Below are positions 30,162-41,305 of a stretch of 64,000 nt of DNA, piece after piece. The notes below the pieces were generated by a model. It did not search any database and had not been told where the DNA came from. It saw only the letters and a program-made list of their open reading frames with translations. The stretch lies in NCBI GenBank assembly GCA_964524845.1, contig CAZGFX010000002.1:6440-70439 (forward strand), in the 5' to 3' direction. Every line of letters begins with the position of its first letter. Within the stretch, counting starts at the first letter, position 1. This DNA is from an uncultured Gammaproteobacteria bacterium (GTDB taxonomy: Bacteria; Patescibacteriota; Patescibacteriia; CAZGFX01). A program made the translations under genes and the position numbers.

Positions 30162-33100
30162 ATGTTACAGCGCTTATTTAAAAAACATTTTTTTACCGGC
30201 GTATGTTTTGTTATAGCCGGAATATTTTTTGGCCTTACTGCGCATGCGGTGGAAGTAGATTTTACCGTAGCACAGCAGGCAGGATTCGGTTCTTCTACTC
30301 TTGAAGATATTGTTATTAATACAATAAAAATAATTCTTGGTTTTCTAGGTCTTGCGGCAGTTCTTATCACTCTATATGGAGGATATATATGGATGTCGTC
30401 AGGAGGAAATTTAGAAAAAATTACAAAAGCAAAGAAGACATTAAGCGCTGGCGTTGTTGGTTTGGCGATTGTGCTCAGTGCGTTTTCAATCGCTCATTTT
30501 ATTTTTGGTATTTTTGATGACGTAATGGGAGGTGGAGGAGGAATTGTAAACGAAGATACTGGTGGTGGAGATGGTGGTTGTATTGGATCGGCTTGTTTAG
30601 CTGGTGGCTCAGGAGGATTTTCCGTTTCTTCTGTTAATCCAGGAAACGGTGCGACTGCAATAGCACTTTGTAGGAAGGTGCAAGCTGTTTTTAATTCAAA
30701 TGTTGATTCCGCTTCTGTTAATTCGAATAATTTTAAAATATCATATAACAATGAGGGTTCCCAGTCTGTTATAAATGGTAATTATGCAGTAAGCGCAAAC
30801 GGTTTAACTTTTAGGCATACCGAATTGTTTCCGGCAAATAAAATAATAAATGGATATATTGCGGACGGAACCGGTTCGATAAGAAGTACAGCAGGAATCG
30901 AGATAGCGAGCAACAGAGGAAGAAACTGGTCTTTCACAACAGGAACGGAGGTTGATTCTGTTTTACCAACGGTCGATGATGTTTTTCCGTCTAGCGGCAT
31001 GAAAGATGTATGCAGAAACACAACAATAGAAATAGTATTTAGTGAAATAATGGATATTTCAACTCTTAATTACGATACAATTAAATTATTTGATGATAAG
31101 GGTAATCAAATTAATCTTTCTGGTCTGAAAATAACATCTACATTCGATTCTGTTATTATTCGTCCAGCAAGCACTCTTGAGGAAAACAAGGTGTATCGAG
31201 TTGTCGCGAGTGGAAATATAAGCGACGCGTGCGATAATAAACTTGATGGAAACAAAAATAACACAGCAGAAGGATCTCCAACTGATGATTTTGTGTGGAC
31301 ATTTACAACAGGAACAGAGATGAACTGTAGTCCGATAATTACAAACATGTCGATACAATCTGGTGCTTATGATAGCCAAACATACGAAGTTGTAATTACA
31401 GGAAAATATCTTGGTATTGCCGGTGATACTCAATTTGGAAATCTAGAATCAGGAGACAATACTTTTTGTTCATTATTTGGAACATGCGAGGATGAGGAGG
31501 ATGGTTTTGTTGTAAAAAGCAGAACTAATAACAGATGGATAACGAGAGTTCCTGTTGGTTCTGTGACAAGTCCATTAAAAATAGTTAAAGAAGAGGGTGG
31601 CCAGAGCAATGCACAATCTTTTACTGTTTTAAGTCCTTATCTGTCAGGGGTCGAAGAAAAAAGTGGAAGAGCTGGTAATTTCTTCACTTTGTATGGTACA
31701 AATTTTGGATCTGAGCCAGGAAAGGTTTCGTTTGTTTATAATGATGAAGAAGGAAATCAAAAAAGAATAGAAGCGGCTCAACTATGTAAAGAAAATGCTT
31801 GGCACGAGGATTATATTGTAGCGAACGTACCAGATCTACCAGATGCGGAATATCAAATACAAATTGAAACTGCCACCGGATTACCAAGTAATATAATTGA
31901 TTTTACAATTGATAGTACAATTCCTTCAAATCCGGGACTTTGCGGAGCAGTGCCTGTTTGTACAAACTCAGAGATGTTTCCTGTACAAACAATAGGTGTT
32001 AATCTTGGTGCCGTACCAGGAAAACTTGAGTTTACACTTGGAACAATAGAAATTCCTCCTGCCGCACAAGTAGACTGGAAGGATAATGGAATAGATTTTC
32101 GAGTAAAAGATGTAAAAAATGGAATGCATAAAATCCGCGCAACACGAATTGAAGGGAGTGGTGATGATAAGAAAGAGTTGCGTTCAAACCCTGTGTTTAT
32201 AGAAAAGCCATGCCCACCACCAAGTCCATTAAAACCTGTAATAAAATCAATTTCGCCTGATAATGGATCTAGTAAAGAAGGTACCAACACAATAATTACA
32301 ATCCTTGGGGATACTTTGGTGTATTCTGGATTGGGCGGAAAACAATCTATGTATAATGGTACTGTTGCAAAAAACTTTGGGGACAAAGGAGGTGTTGTGT
32401 ATTTTTGTCCTACAAATTTAACATTGCCAATATTACCGGGCGATGACAGGTGTGTTTCTGTATCTAAGGGAGAGTGTTTCGAATGGATAGATAACGAGAT
32501 TACTGTTACTACACCAACTCTTGCAGAAGGTGTGTATTCGGTTTATGTAAGTAAAGAAAATATTTATACAAGTGATATAAATCCTGTTGCAAAATTTACA
32601 AGTAATTCCATAGTGCGTCCTGGACTGTGTACGATTTCACCAAAAAACGGACCGGATAATACAAAAGTTACACTTACAGGCAAAACCCTTGGCGATGAAA
32701 GGGCAGATGTTGATGGTAAGATAGAATATTATAAAAATAGCTCATTTGGATTTTCAGATAATATAGAATCATGGACAAACAAGAGTATAACTCATACATC
32801 TGTATCTAATTTACCAGAACAACAATCTCTTGTTCGTGCTTGGATTACAATTCCTGATCGCGGGCAAGGTGGGGTTTTGACTTCGGGAACATATCAATCT
32901 AATTCAAAATCTTTTTATTCAAACCCTATTATTAAAGAAATATCTCCATCGAACGGACCGGTTGGTACGTATGTGAGTATTTTTGGAAAAAACTTTGGCA
33001 ATGTTCCGGGCAGAGTAATATTTAAAAAAGGTTCTGATGTGGTTGATGCAGGTGGTATAAATTGTCCTATGACATGGAAAGATAACTATGTGATAGTTTC

Positions 33101-36100
33101 TGTGCCCAGTGGTTTAGAAACAGAAGAATATTCAATTCATGTTATTCCTTATCTTCCAGGAGGAGTTGAATCTAATGGTAAGGAGTTTACGGTAAACAAA
33201 GAACCTCTTGGACCTCAGTTGTGTCCTATTTTGGAGACAGCACAACCATTCAAATTGAATTCAAAATATTTATTTATAGGTGATAATTTTGGAACGACTC
33301 CAGCGCTAGATAATAGTAGGTTGTCATGGAGTGGAATTGGCGGAGTTATTACAACCACACCAACAACAACTCCTCAATGGTCAAACACACAAGGAGAGTT
33401 TGCTGTGCCAAATAAAGAGGGTGCTGGAAGAGTAAAAATGCTTAGGACAACTAAGTTTTATACAGGTAGAAAATGCACGATTCCAACTTTTGGAGGAGTT
33501 TGTTTTACTCATTACGAGGATACTTTTGAGGATAAAACAATTGAGAGTAATTTAGTGCCTTTTGAGATAGGCGAGGGACCTAGAATTATAGACAATGATT
33601 TAACGTGCGATCCTAAAAATCCAAAATCTCTTTCTCCTGCTCCAAAAAGCGGAGAGACTGTGTGTAAGCAACGCTCAATAAATCTTTCTTTTGATAAACC
33701 AATTGATCCGGAGACTTTAAACTCAGCAAATATAATTATTAATAAGAGAAAAGATAATGGCGTTGGTTATATAACACTTACTAACACTTCTGATAAGAAG
33801 GAGTATAGTATCATACCAACAGGAAATGGATTTAGTGTACTTTTGTTTAATGATAATGGTCAGCACGAGATATCAACAACTTCATATGAAATTATTGTAG
33901 GAAACTTTGATTCAGAAGGCATTAAATCTTCAAACGGTTTGAAGATGCAACCAATTACAATATCAGGATCCTCAATTATTGATGGGTTTAAATGGAATTT
34001 TAATGGAAATGGTGAAAACTGTGTATTTCCTGCAAACGCTCAGTATTCCATAGCAAACACCGATCCATTAAGGCTTACTCGGGCTCATAATACAGAAACA
34101 CTATCAACCCAGATACTGGATCCAAATACATGTAATGCATTTGTTTTTGGCGGTGATACGTGGACACTTACTCCAAATACACAAACTCCGGCTACATTTG
34201 CGACACTCGGTGGTACAACAACAAAGAATATTACAGGTACGAGCGATGGAGTTGGTATACTTTCCGCTTCAACAAATATTGAAGGAAGAGTATTTACCGA
34301 CTCTAATAAAATAGAGGTGCTTTATGAAGACGCTCGGCCAAAAGTCGTCGTGCGTAATTCATGTAATGAGAAAGATCCTCAAGATTATTCTCCATCTCCA
34401 AAAAACGGAGCTAACAATGTGTGTACAACGTCAGGAATATATATTGAATATAATAAATTTCTTGATCCAAACTCAATAACCACTGGTGCTATAAATATAA
34501 TGATTGGAGGTAAAGAAGTTGAGTTGCCAGAGTCGCCCAAGACACCAAAAAATGAAGTCCCAGATGGACTAATACAAGAAACAGAAGGTAAACCAATAAT
34601 AACACTTATTTCGGGCGATATTGGTAATGAAAATGGTATTATAGGATTTAAGATTAATATTGGTACTCTTGTTGTTGGTTCTGAATATGAAATATCAGTA
34701 AATGGAGTTGTTGGTGAAAATGGTTTTCCAGCAGAAGAATATTCATGGTCTTTTGAGACAGGAAGTAGTGAATGTACAATAGATCAAGAAAATACAGTTG
34801 TTCGAATGACAGCTAAAGACCCAATCCGTCTTACAACATATGATCCTTATTTATTGAGCGCAAACTTATATAATAAAAATGATTTGTGTCAGCCAATTAA
34901 CGTACAAAAAACAGATACATGGTCAACAGGAAATATTTCTATTGCTAAAATAGAAAATACAACAAATCTAGTTGCCGTTGCTGAAACAGGTAATACAACA
35001 GTAACTGTACAAACGACTGCTCAAGGATTATCTTTTACCGACACAAACGATGTAAAAGTTAATATTATAAAATCATGTAAAGATCCTGAAGCCGTTAATT
35101 ATAATCCAAACGCAACGGTTGTAAACAATGCGACTTGTAAATATATCACAGTCACGGAAATTACTCCAACAAGCGGTCGTGCAGTAGGTGATTCAAATGA
35201 CACCGTGGTTACAATTACCGGGTCAAACTTCATGGATGCTATTAATGGTCCTGCTGGATCAGGAGCTGTATATTTTTGTCCTACTACAGGATATGAAAAC
35301 ATAGAAAAAGATTGTGAAAAAAGCACAATAACTTCTTGTGGAACATGGTATTCTGATTCGGTCACAATAGACGTTCCTAAACTGACACTCAATAAACAAT
35401 ATGAGGTACGTGTTGTTGATGCAAATGGAAAAATTGATCGTCGTTCTACAAATTCAACTGTATTTTTTACAGCAACAAATGATTTACAACCAGGTCTTTG
35501 TTCTCTAGATCCAATAAGTGGAACCATAGGACAAAAAACTATTATTAATGGAAGAAATCTAGGAAATGTTAAAAATAGCAGCAGTGTTTTATTTAAGACG
35601 ACACCAGCAACTATTCTGTCTTCTTCTGATTGGTCAAACGAAAAAGTTTCAGCATCCGTTCCACAAGTAGATGAGACAGTAAATGTTTCGGCTAAAATTC
35701 AATTTGGTACAACGACATTTAAAAATTCAAACCCATTGCTATTCTTCGCGCCACCTGTAATCACAGGAATATCTCCTGAAAAAGGAAACAATAATGCATT
35801 TATTACAATAAGCGGAAAAAATTTTGGCAACATACCTGGAATCGTATATTTTAAATCAGGAAACACTGATATTACAGCTGAGTTTCCTACACAATGTAAT
35901 ACCAACTGGACAAATAAAACAATTGTTGTGAAAGTGCCGTCAGGACTTTCTACAAATGCGAAAGTGCGTGTTATACCAGGGTATCAGACAAGATTAGTAT
36001 CGAATGAGAAGGATTTTGTTTATGATTCTAAATTATTGGTTGGTCCGCAATTGTGTCAATTAACAAGTCAATATATTTCTCCGGAAACAGACATTACTTT

Positions 36101-38789
36101 CAATGGAGAAAATTTTACAGATAATCCTGGTGGAAAAATGATTTGGAGCGGTATAAACAAAGAAACTTCTTACGATGGAGAAGGGTGGACACCGACTCAG
36201 GTGGTATTCACATCTCCTGATTCGCAAGGCGAGGGGTTTGTGCGTTTAGAAAAAAAAGTTATTATCAATACAGGAAAATTTACGTGCCAAGGGTTTGAGT
36301 TTGGAAACGTATGTCTAGGAATAAGATCGGATAAACAAGATATTACACTTGTAAGTAATGAAATTCCATTTGTTTTGGCAAACGCTCCGGAAGTTGTTGA
36401 ACGTACTCAGTGTGATGGGATAAATCCGATTTCTCCTGCTCCTACAAAAGATTCAAATAATGTTTGTAGAAATACAGCACTGTATCTTGAATTTAATCAA
36501 AAGATAGAATCATCATCGTTAAATTATGATAATATAGTTATAACAAGAAGCGGAGGACCTTTATCAAAGGTAAATGAGTCTGGTGATGTTTTGTTGGCAG
36601 GAAAGAGTTTGGCAAGATCTCAGACAGTAAATGAACCACCTGATAACGACGAACCAACAGACCTAACAAGTTTTGATTACACTATTGTTCCTATGCAAAA
36701 AGGTTTCTTCATTAGATTTAATAATCTTTTGTCACCAAGTAGATTATATACTGTAAGAGTTAGTAATATTATTAATTCTTTTGGTGTTCCTATGTCAACT
36801 CCATATGAGTGGAGTTTTACGACACAGGCACAATCATGCACCCCAACAAAAGGGACACTAAGTATAATAGCAAGATATCCTAGAGTTGATGGTGTATTAA
36901 GCGCTGTTGATAACGATAGGCCAATTACTCTTTCAGAAAATTATTTATCAAGAGAATTATATGGAAACTTCATTGATGGGCAGTGTATACCAGTAAGTCT
37001 TGGAGATGACGATGTTGTATGGACATCCGGAGATCAAAAAGTAGCAAAAATTAACTCTGTTTCTAAGATTTATTCAATATATGGAATTAGTTATGGAACG
37101 ACATTTGTTAATGCATCATATGCATCTTTCACGGCAAAGGAAAATGTTAATGTAAATATTTCCGGAGATCTTATAACATTCCATTATCCTTATTTTAATC
37201 AGGAAGATGTGTGTAGAAACACAAACATTGCTATTACATTTAAAGAAAATGTCGCCTTGCCACTTGATGAAACTTCTATAATACTAGAATCTTGTGGATC
37301 AGAAAGTATATTCAATCAAGAAGGCAAAGATAATACATGTGTTAATCCAGAAGTTGTTGTTGGTGACTTAATATCACAGGGTAACAGAGTGTTTTTTACA
37401 CCTTCTGATAATTTGAAACAAAACACAATTTATCATGCTCGTTCAAATTCAATAACACTAGAAACAGGTATTACATCAAAAGAAGCTGATTGGTGGTTTA
37501 AAACCGTGAATACAAACGGTCTGTGTACTCTTGAAACACTTAGACTTACACCTCTTGATTATGAATTCACTGGATTACAATCAGTAAATTTCCTTGCAGA
37601 GGCGCTTGATGGAGCTGGAAATTCGATTCAATCCGATTTCTCTTGGAAGATTGACGACCTTTCTTTAATTGAAAGTGTATATATCATGAACGGATCTAAT
37701 ATAATAAAACCCGTTGGAAATAAGAATGGTGTTACCACAGTATCTGTGACAGCAGATAGTGGTATTGCCGGAAACAAAACAGCTTCTACAAATATAACTG
37801 TTAATACATGTCAAAAACCATGGTCAGGAATTGATGGGAAGGGTGAGCTTTATGACAGCGAAAACCAATTTTCTCTATCATATTGTCTCGATGGAGGAAA
37901 TCCTAATATTAGAATTTCTAAATCTCCTCAAATTATAAATACACCCGATCCTTCAGGATTAAAATCAGATATGTTGGCACAGTATTTCATGACTGTGGAT
38001 CCAAACACCACCCCTGTATTAACAGATCAGTGCGGAGACGGAGTTATCAAATATTCGGAACAATGTGATTGCGGAACAAAAAACATATGTATACCAGCAT
38101 CTCTTGGAAATAATTCTTGTGTAGGAAAAACATCAAAAAATAATATTGAAGTTGTATATTGTACAAATCAGTGTAAGTTAAATATAAATTCTTGTTTCTC
38201 TTGGGATACGTCAGAAAAAACATCTAATATAAAAAACACAAATGGTATATTAACACTCGACAACCCTTCTATAAACGGAAGCATTGAATATATAATCAAT
38301 TCAAATATATCAAATCATCCGTGGACAGGAATATTCTGGAATGGAAATATACCTAAGTTCGGAGAAACATCTTCTCAAAAATCTTCTATCACAATGTCAT
38401 ATAAAGCAAACAACTCTTGTAAGATTGATACAATGTCAGGAGGAGCCGAGTCTGTATTACTTGATCAGAATATAAAAACAGTTGGTTTTTCGGATAACAC
38501 GAAGGGATCTTGTCTATATATCAAATTATCACTAGCTCCCGTGACATCTAATCAGTGGGTTCCAAATACAAATTATACGAAAAACACAAAATTGAAAGCA
38601 AATAATCAAATATATAATGTTGCGATATCAGGGTATAAATCAGGATCAAGCATAGACAATGATGTTACAACTGGAAAATTAGAAAACTTAACATCTGAAG
38701 TATCGCCATCGGTAAATTCAATTATTATAAGCGGTGGAGAAAGTATTAATATAGCAAATGATTTTGATAAACAAAATTTAGCCGAATAA
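30162..38789 (+). CDS. Giant surface protein: TrbC/VirB2-like pilin + Big_5-type Ig and IPT/TIG repeats
   Basis: Signal peptide, ILGFLG...YGGYIWMSSGGN...KAKKTL pilin motif, many P-x-I-x-x-I-S-P...G-x-N-F-G IPT repeats, W-x-F-T-T Ig ends, CGDG...EQCD motif. Confidence 0.85.
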   Translation: MLQRLFKKHFFTGVCFVIAGIFFGLTAHAVEVDFTVAQQAGFGSSTLEDIVINTIKIILGFLGLAAVLITLYGGYIWMSSGGNLEKITKAKKTLSAGVVGLAIVLSAFSIAHFIFGIFDDVMGGGGGIVNEDTGGGDGGCIGSACLAGGSGGFSVSSVNPGNGATAIALCRKVQAVFNSNVDSASVNSNNFKISYNNEGSQSVINGNYAVSANGLTFRHTELFPANKIINGYIADGTGSIRSTAGIEIASNRGRNWSFTTGTEVDSVLPTVDDVFPSSGMKDVCRNTTIEIVFSEIMDISTLNYDTIKLFDDKGNQINLSGLKITSTFDSVIIRPASTLEENKVYRVVASGNISDACDNKLDGNKNNTAEGSPTDDFVWTFTTGTEMNCSPIITNMSIQSGAYDSQTYEVVITGKYLGIAGDTQFGNLESGDNTFCSLFGTCEDEEDGFVVKSRTNNRWITRVPVGSVTSPLKIVKEEGGQSNAQSFTVLSPYLSGVEEKSGRAGNFFTLYGTNFGSEPGKVSFVYNDEEGNQKRIEAAQLCKENAWHEDYIVANVPDLPDAEYQIQIETATGLPSNIIDFTIDSTIPSNPGLCGAVPVCTNSEMFPVQTIGVNLGAVPGKLEFTLGTIEIPPAAQVDWKDNGIDFRVKDVKNGMHKIRATRIEGSGDDKKELRSNPVFIEKPCPPPSPLKPVIKSISPDNGSSKEGTNTIITILGDTLVYSGLGGKQSMYNGTVAKNFGDKGGVVYFCPTNLTLPILPGDDRCVSVSKGECFEWIDNEITVTTPTLAEGVYSVYVSKENIYTSDINPVAKFTSNSIVRPGLCTISPKNGPDNTKVTLTGKTLGDERADVDGKIEYYKNSSFGFSDNIESWTNKSITHTSVSNLPEQQSLVRAWITIPDRGQGGVLTSGTYQSNSKSFYSNPIIKEISPSNGPVGTYVSIFGKNFGNVPGRVIFKKGSDVVDAGGINCPMTWKDNYVIVSVPSGLETEEYSIHVIPYLPGGVESNGKEFTVNKEPLGPQLCPILETAQPFKLNSKYLFIGDNFGTTPALDNSRLSWSGIGGVITTTPTTTPQWSNTQGEFAVPNKEGAGRVKMLRTTKFYTGRKCTIPTFGGVCFTHYEDTFEDKTIESNLVPFEIGEGPRIIDNDLTCDPKNPKSLSPAPKSGETVCKQRSINLSFDKPIDPETLNSANIIINKRKDNGVGYITLTNTSDKKEYSIIPTGNGFSVLLFNDNGQHEISTTSYEIIVGNFDSEGIKSSNGLKMQPITISGSSIIDGFKWNFNGNGENCVFPANAQYSIANTDPLRLTRAHNTETLSTQILDPNTCNAFVFGGDTWTLTPNTQTPATFATLGGTTTKNITGTSDGVGILSASTNIEGRVFTDSNKIEVLYEDARPKVVVRNSCNEKDPQDYSPSPKNGANNVCTTSGIYIEYNKFLDPNSITTGAINIMIGGKEVELPESPKTPKNEVPDGLIQETEGKPIITLISGDIGNENGIIGFKINIGTLVVGSEYEISVNGVVGENGFPAEEYSWSFETGSSECTIDQENTVVRMTAKDPIRLTTYDPYLLSANLYNKNDLCQPINVQKTDTWSTGNISIAKIENTTNLVAVAETGNTTVTVQTTAQGLSFTDTNDVKVNIIKSCKDPEAVNYNPNATVVNNATCKYITVTEITPTSGRAVGDSNDTVVTITGSNFMDAINGPAGSGAVYFCPTTGYENIEKDCEKSTITSCGTWYSDSVTIDVPKLTLNKQYEVRVVDANGKIDRRSTNSTVFFTATNDLQPGLCSLDPISGTIGQKTIINGRNLGNVKNSSSVLFKTTPATILSSSDWSNEKVSASVPQVDETVNVSAKIQFGTTTFKNSNPLLFFAPPVITGISPEKGNNNAFITISGKNFGNIPGIVYFKSGNTDITAEFPTQCNTNWTNKTIVVKVPSGLSTNAKVRVIPGYQTRLVSNEKDFVYDSKLLVGPQLCQLTSQYISPETDITFNGENFTDNPGGKMIWSGINKETSYDGEGWTPTQVVFTSPDSQGEGFVRLEKKVIINTGKFTCQGFEFGNVCLGIRSDKQDITLVSNEIPFVLANAPEVVERTQCDGINPISPAPTKDSNNVCRNTALYLEFNQKIESSSLNYDNIVITRSGGPLSKVNESGDVLLAGKSLARSQTVNEPPDNDEPTDLTSFDYTIVPMQKGFFIRFNNLLSPSRLYTVRVSNIINSFGVPMSTPYEWSFTTQAQSCTPTKGTLSIIARYPRVDGVLSAVDNDRPITLSENYLSRELYGNFIDGQCIPVSLGDDDVVWTSGDQKVAKINSVSKIYSIYGISYGTTFVNASYASFTAKENVNVNISGDLITFHYPYFNQEDVCRNTNIAITFKENVALPLDETSIILESCGSESIFNQEGKDNTCVNPEVVVGDLISQGNRVFFTPSDNLKQNTIYHARSNSITLETGITSKEADWWFKTVNTNGLCTLETLRLTPLDYEFTGLQSVNFLAEALDGAGNSIQSDFSWKIDDLSLIESVYIMNGSNIIKPVGNKNGVTTVSVTADSGIAGNKTASTNITVNTCQKPWSGIDGKGELYDSENQFSLSYCLDGGNPNIRISKSPQIINTPDPSGLKSDMLAQYFMTVDPNTTPVLTDQCGDGVIKYSEQCDCGTKNICIPASLGNNSCVGKTSKNNIEVVYCTNQCKLNINSCFSWDTSEKTSNIKNTNGILTLDNPSINGSIEYIINSNISNHPWTGIFWNGNIPKFGETSSQKSSITMSYKANNSCKIDTMSGGAESVLLDQNIKTVGFSDNTKGSCLYIKLSLAPVTSNQWVPNTNYTKNTKLKANNQIYNVAISGYKSGSSIDNDVTTGKLENLTSEVSPSVNSIIISGGESINIANDFDKQNLAE

Positions 38790-38792
38790 AAA

Positions 38793-40187
38793 ATGAAGTT
38801 AAGATTTTACGGAGCAACACGAGGTGTAACAGGGTCAAAACACCTTGTTGAAACAGTGCACGGGAACATACTGCTTGATTGTGGTTTATTTCAAGGTACT
38901 CGAAAAGAAGCCGAACAAATGAATAAAAATCTTCCTGATATAGGGAATACGTTAAATGCCGTCGTTCTCTCTCATGCTCATCTGGATCATTGCGGTGCAC
39001 TCCCTATGCTTTGTAAACAAGGGTTTACAGGAAAAATATATATGACTCCAGCGACTGCTGATGTTGCATATTATATTTTAATGGACGCCGCTCACATACA
39101 AGAACAGGATATAGAATATCTTAATAGAAAAAAACAACAAAGAGGCGAACCATTAGAAGAACCCTTATTCACAGAAAAAGACATTGAGTGTGTTCTTGAT
39201 CAGTTTGTTACCGTGCCTTATTATGAGCCATTTCATCCTATGAAAGGTGTTGAAGGAGTGTTTTTTGATGCCGGACACATACTCGGTTCCGCCCAAATAC
39301 ACCTAACTGTGAAAGAAGATTCCGTTCATACAAGATTAGCGTTTACCGGCGACCTTGGTAGGTGGAATATGCCGATTATTAAAGATCCTGATCCGCTTCC
39401 TGATAGTGATACCATTATTACAGAAAGTACTTATGGTGACCGTCTTCACGAAACATTTGAAGATACGAGAAAAAAATTAAAAGAAATTATAATTGATTCC
39501 GTTGCGCATAAGGCAAAAATAGTTATTCCGGCATTTGCGCTTGGACGTACACAAGAAATAATATATATCTTCCATGATCTTATAAGAAATCATGAAATTC
39601 CAAATGTACCGATATATGTTGATAGTCCTCTTTCTGGAAATATTACAGAGGTATTCAAAAAGCACCCAGAGTGTTTCGACGCCGAAACATACAAAAAAAT
39701 TCTTAATAAAAAAGATGATCCTTTTGGTTTTGAAAATCTTATTTATACGAGTTCAGCGAACGATTCAAAAGCGATTAATGCTGTACATGGACCAGTTGTG
39801 ATTATTTCTGCTTCCGGAATGTGTGAATATGGTCGTATACGTCATCATCTGGCTAATACGATAACAGATCCAAACAATGTAGTTCTAATTACAGGATTTA
39901 TGGCTGAACACACTCTAGGAAGAAAGCTCGTCGAAGGTGAAAAAACTGTGAAAATTTGGGATGAATTTTTTGATGTTCGTGCTCGCATTCATATTTTCAA
40001 CGGATTTTCTGCTCATGCAGATTATGAGGAAATTATACGTCATATAAGACCAATTAAGTCTTTAAAAAATGTTTTTCTAGTTCATGGAGAAGAAACACAG
40101 ATGCAAAGAATATATGAAAGGTTGAGATTGTTTAACGAAAAATTTAATTTGCACCGCCCTTTAATGGGAGAAGAATTTTCATTATAA
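38793..40187 (+). CDS. MBL-fold beta-CASP hydrolase (YSH1-like RNase family)
   Basis: VTGS, DCG, SHAHLDHCG, AGHILGS, ESTYG, GFSAHAD, LVHGE. Confidence 0.9.
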   Translation: MKLRFYGATRGVTGSKHLVETVHGNILLDCGLFQGTRKEAEQMNKNLPDIGNTLNAVVLSHAHLDHCGALPMLCKQGFTGKIYMTPATADVAYYILMDAAHIQEQDIEYLNRKKQQRGEPLEEPLFTEKDIECVLDQFVTVPYYEPFHPMKGVEGVFFDAGHILGSAQIHLTVKEDSVHTRLAFTGDLGRWNMPIIKDPDPLPDSDTIITESTYGDRLHETFEDTRKKLKEIIIDSVAHKAKIVIPAFALGRTQEIIYIFHDLIRNHEIPNVPIYVDSPLSGNITEVFKKHPECFDAETYKKILNKKDDPFGFENLIYTSSANDSKAINAVHGPVVIISASGMCEYGRIRHHLANTITDPNNVVLITGFMAEHTLGRKLVEGEKTVKIWDEFFDVRARIHIFNGFSAHADYEEIIRHIRPIKSLKNVFLVHGEETQMQRIYERLRLFNEKFNLHRPLMGEEFSL

Positions 40188-40192
40188 AAAAT

Positions 40193-40627
40193 ATGATATA
40201 TATAGGAGCAGATCACGGAGGAGTAAGAGCAAAAAAAATACTTGTTGATTTTTTTAAAAATAAAAAATTACAATATGAGGATGTCGGTATTTTCAGCACA
40301 AAACCGGCTGATTATTCGGATATTGCAAACAAGGTTGCACGAGAAGTCAAAAAAAACAAGAAAAATAAAGGCGTATTAATATGTAGATCAGGAGTTGGTA
40401 TGCAAATTGCTGCAAACAGACACAAAGGAATAAGGGCGGTTGTTGGTTTATCAAAAAAATATATTCAAATGTCAAGACGCGATAATGATTCAAACATTAT
40501 TTGCTTTTCAGGTGATTTGCAAACACCAGAAACAATGAAAAATCTTTTTATAATCTGGATAAAAGAAAAATTTTTAAATAAACCAAGATATATAAGAAGA
40601 ATAAAAAAAACTGATTCGCGCATATGA
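40193..40627 (+). CDS. rpiB: Ribose-5-phosphate isomerase B
   Basis: GADHGG, DY, ICRSGVGMQIAANR. Confidence 0.88.
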   Translation: MIYIGADHGGVRAKKILVDFFKNKKLQYEDVGIFSTKPADYSDIANKVAREVKKNKKNKGVLICRSGVGMQIAANRHKGIRAVVGLSKKYIQMSRRDNDSNIICFSGDLQTPETMKNLFIIWIKEKFLNKPRYIRRIKKTDSRI

Positions 40628-41292
40628 CTATTATTATTCCGTCACTACTTAGAAAAACAATAAAGGAAATTGAAAGAGATATTTCAAAAGTTCCTAATTT
40701 TGTAAATATAATACAAATTGATATTGCTGATGGATTGTTTGTTCCTGATAAGTATTTGCATGATCCAAAAGAAATTAATAAACTTTGCGACGGAAAAGAG
40801 GTCGAAGTCCATCTAATGGTAAAAGATCCGGAAAAATATATTTCTGATTGGGGCACACTTAATACAATAAGGAGAATAATTTTTCATTATGAAGCAACAA
40901 ACGATCATATGAATGTAATTCGTCTTATAAGAGAGTATGGAAAAGAACCTGTAATTGCGCTTAATCCGGAAACTGATTATCGTTTATGTAAGCCAATTTT
41001 CCCATATTTAAAAGGTATTCAGATTATGTCTGTTTATCCCGGAGTACAAGGAAGACCTTTTGAATTATCCTCACCAGATCGTATCGACGAAGTACGAGGA
41101 TATTTAGAAGAACACGACTTGAGTGATAAAGTAGATATAAGTGTTGATGGTGGATTGACTCCTGATACTATTGGCTCGTGCGTTTTTTATGGTGCAAATC
41201 GTTTGTGTGTTGGATCATATCTTATGAACAGTGACGATTTTATTAGCTCATACAACAGACTTAACTCTGTTATTGAATCATCTCATACATAA
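40624..41292 (+). CDS. rpe: Ribulose-phosphate 3-epimerase
   Basis: PSLL, DIADGLFVP, EVHLMV, MSVYPG, VDGG. Confidence 0.88.
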   Translation: MTIIIPSLLRKTIKEIERDISKVPNFVNIIQIDIADGLFVPDKYLHDPKEINKLCDGKEVEVHLMVKDPEKYISDWGTLNTIRRIIFHYEATNDHMNVIRLIREYGKEPVIALNPETDYRLCKPIFPYLKGIQIMSVYPGVQGRPFELSSPDRIDEVRGYLEEHDLSDKVDISVDGGLTPDTIGSCVFYGANRLCVGSYLMNSDDFISSYNRLNSVIESSHT

Positions 41293-41305
41293 TATCAAGA
41301 ACATT

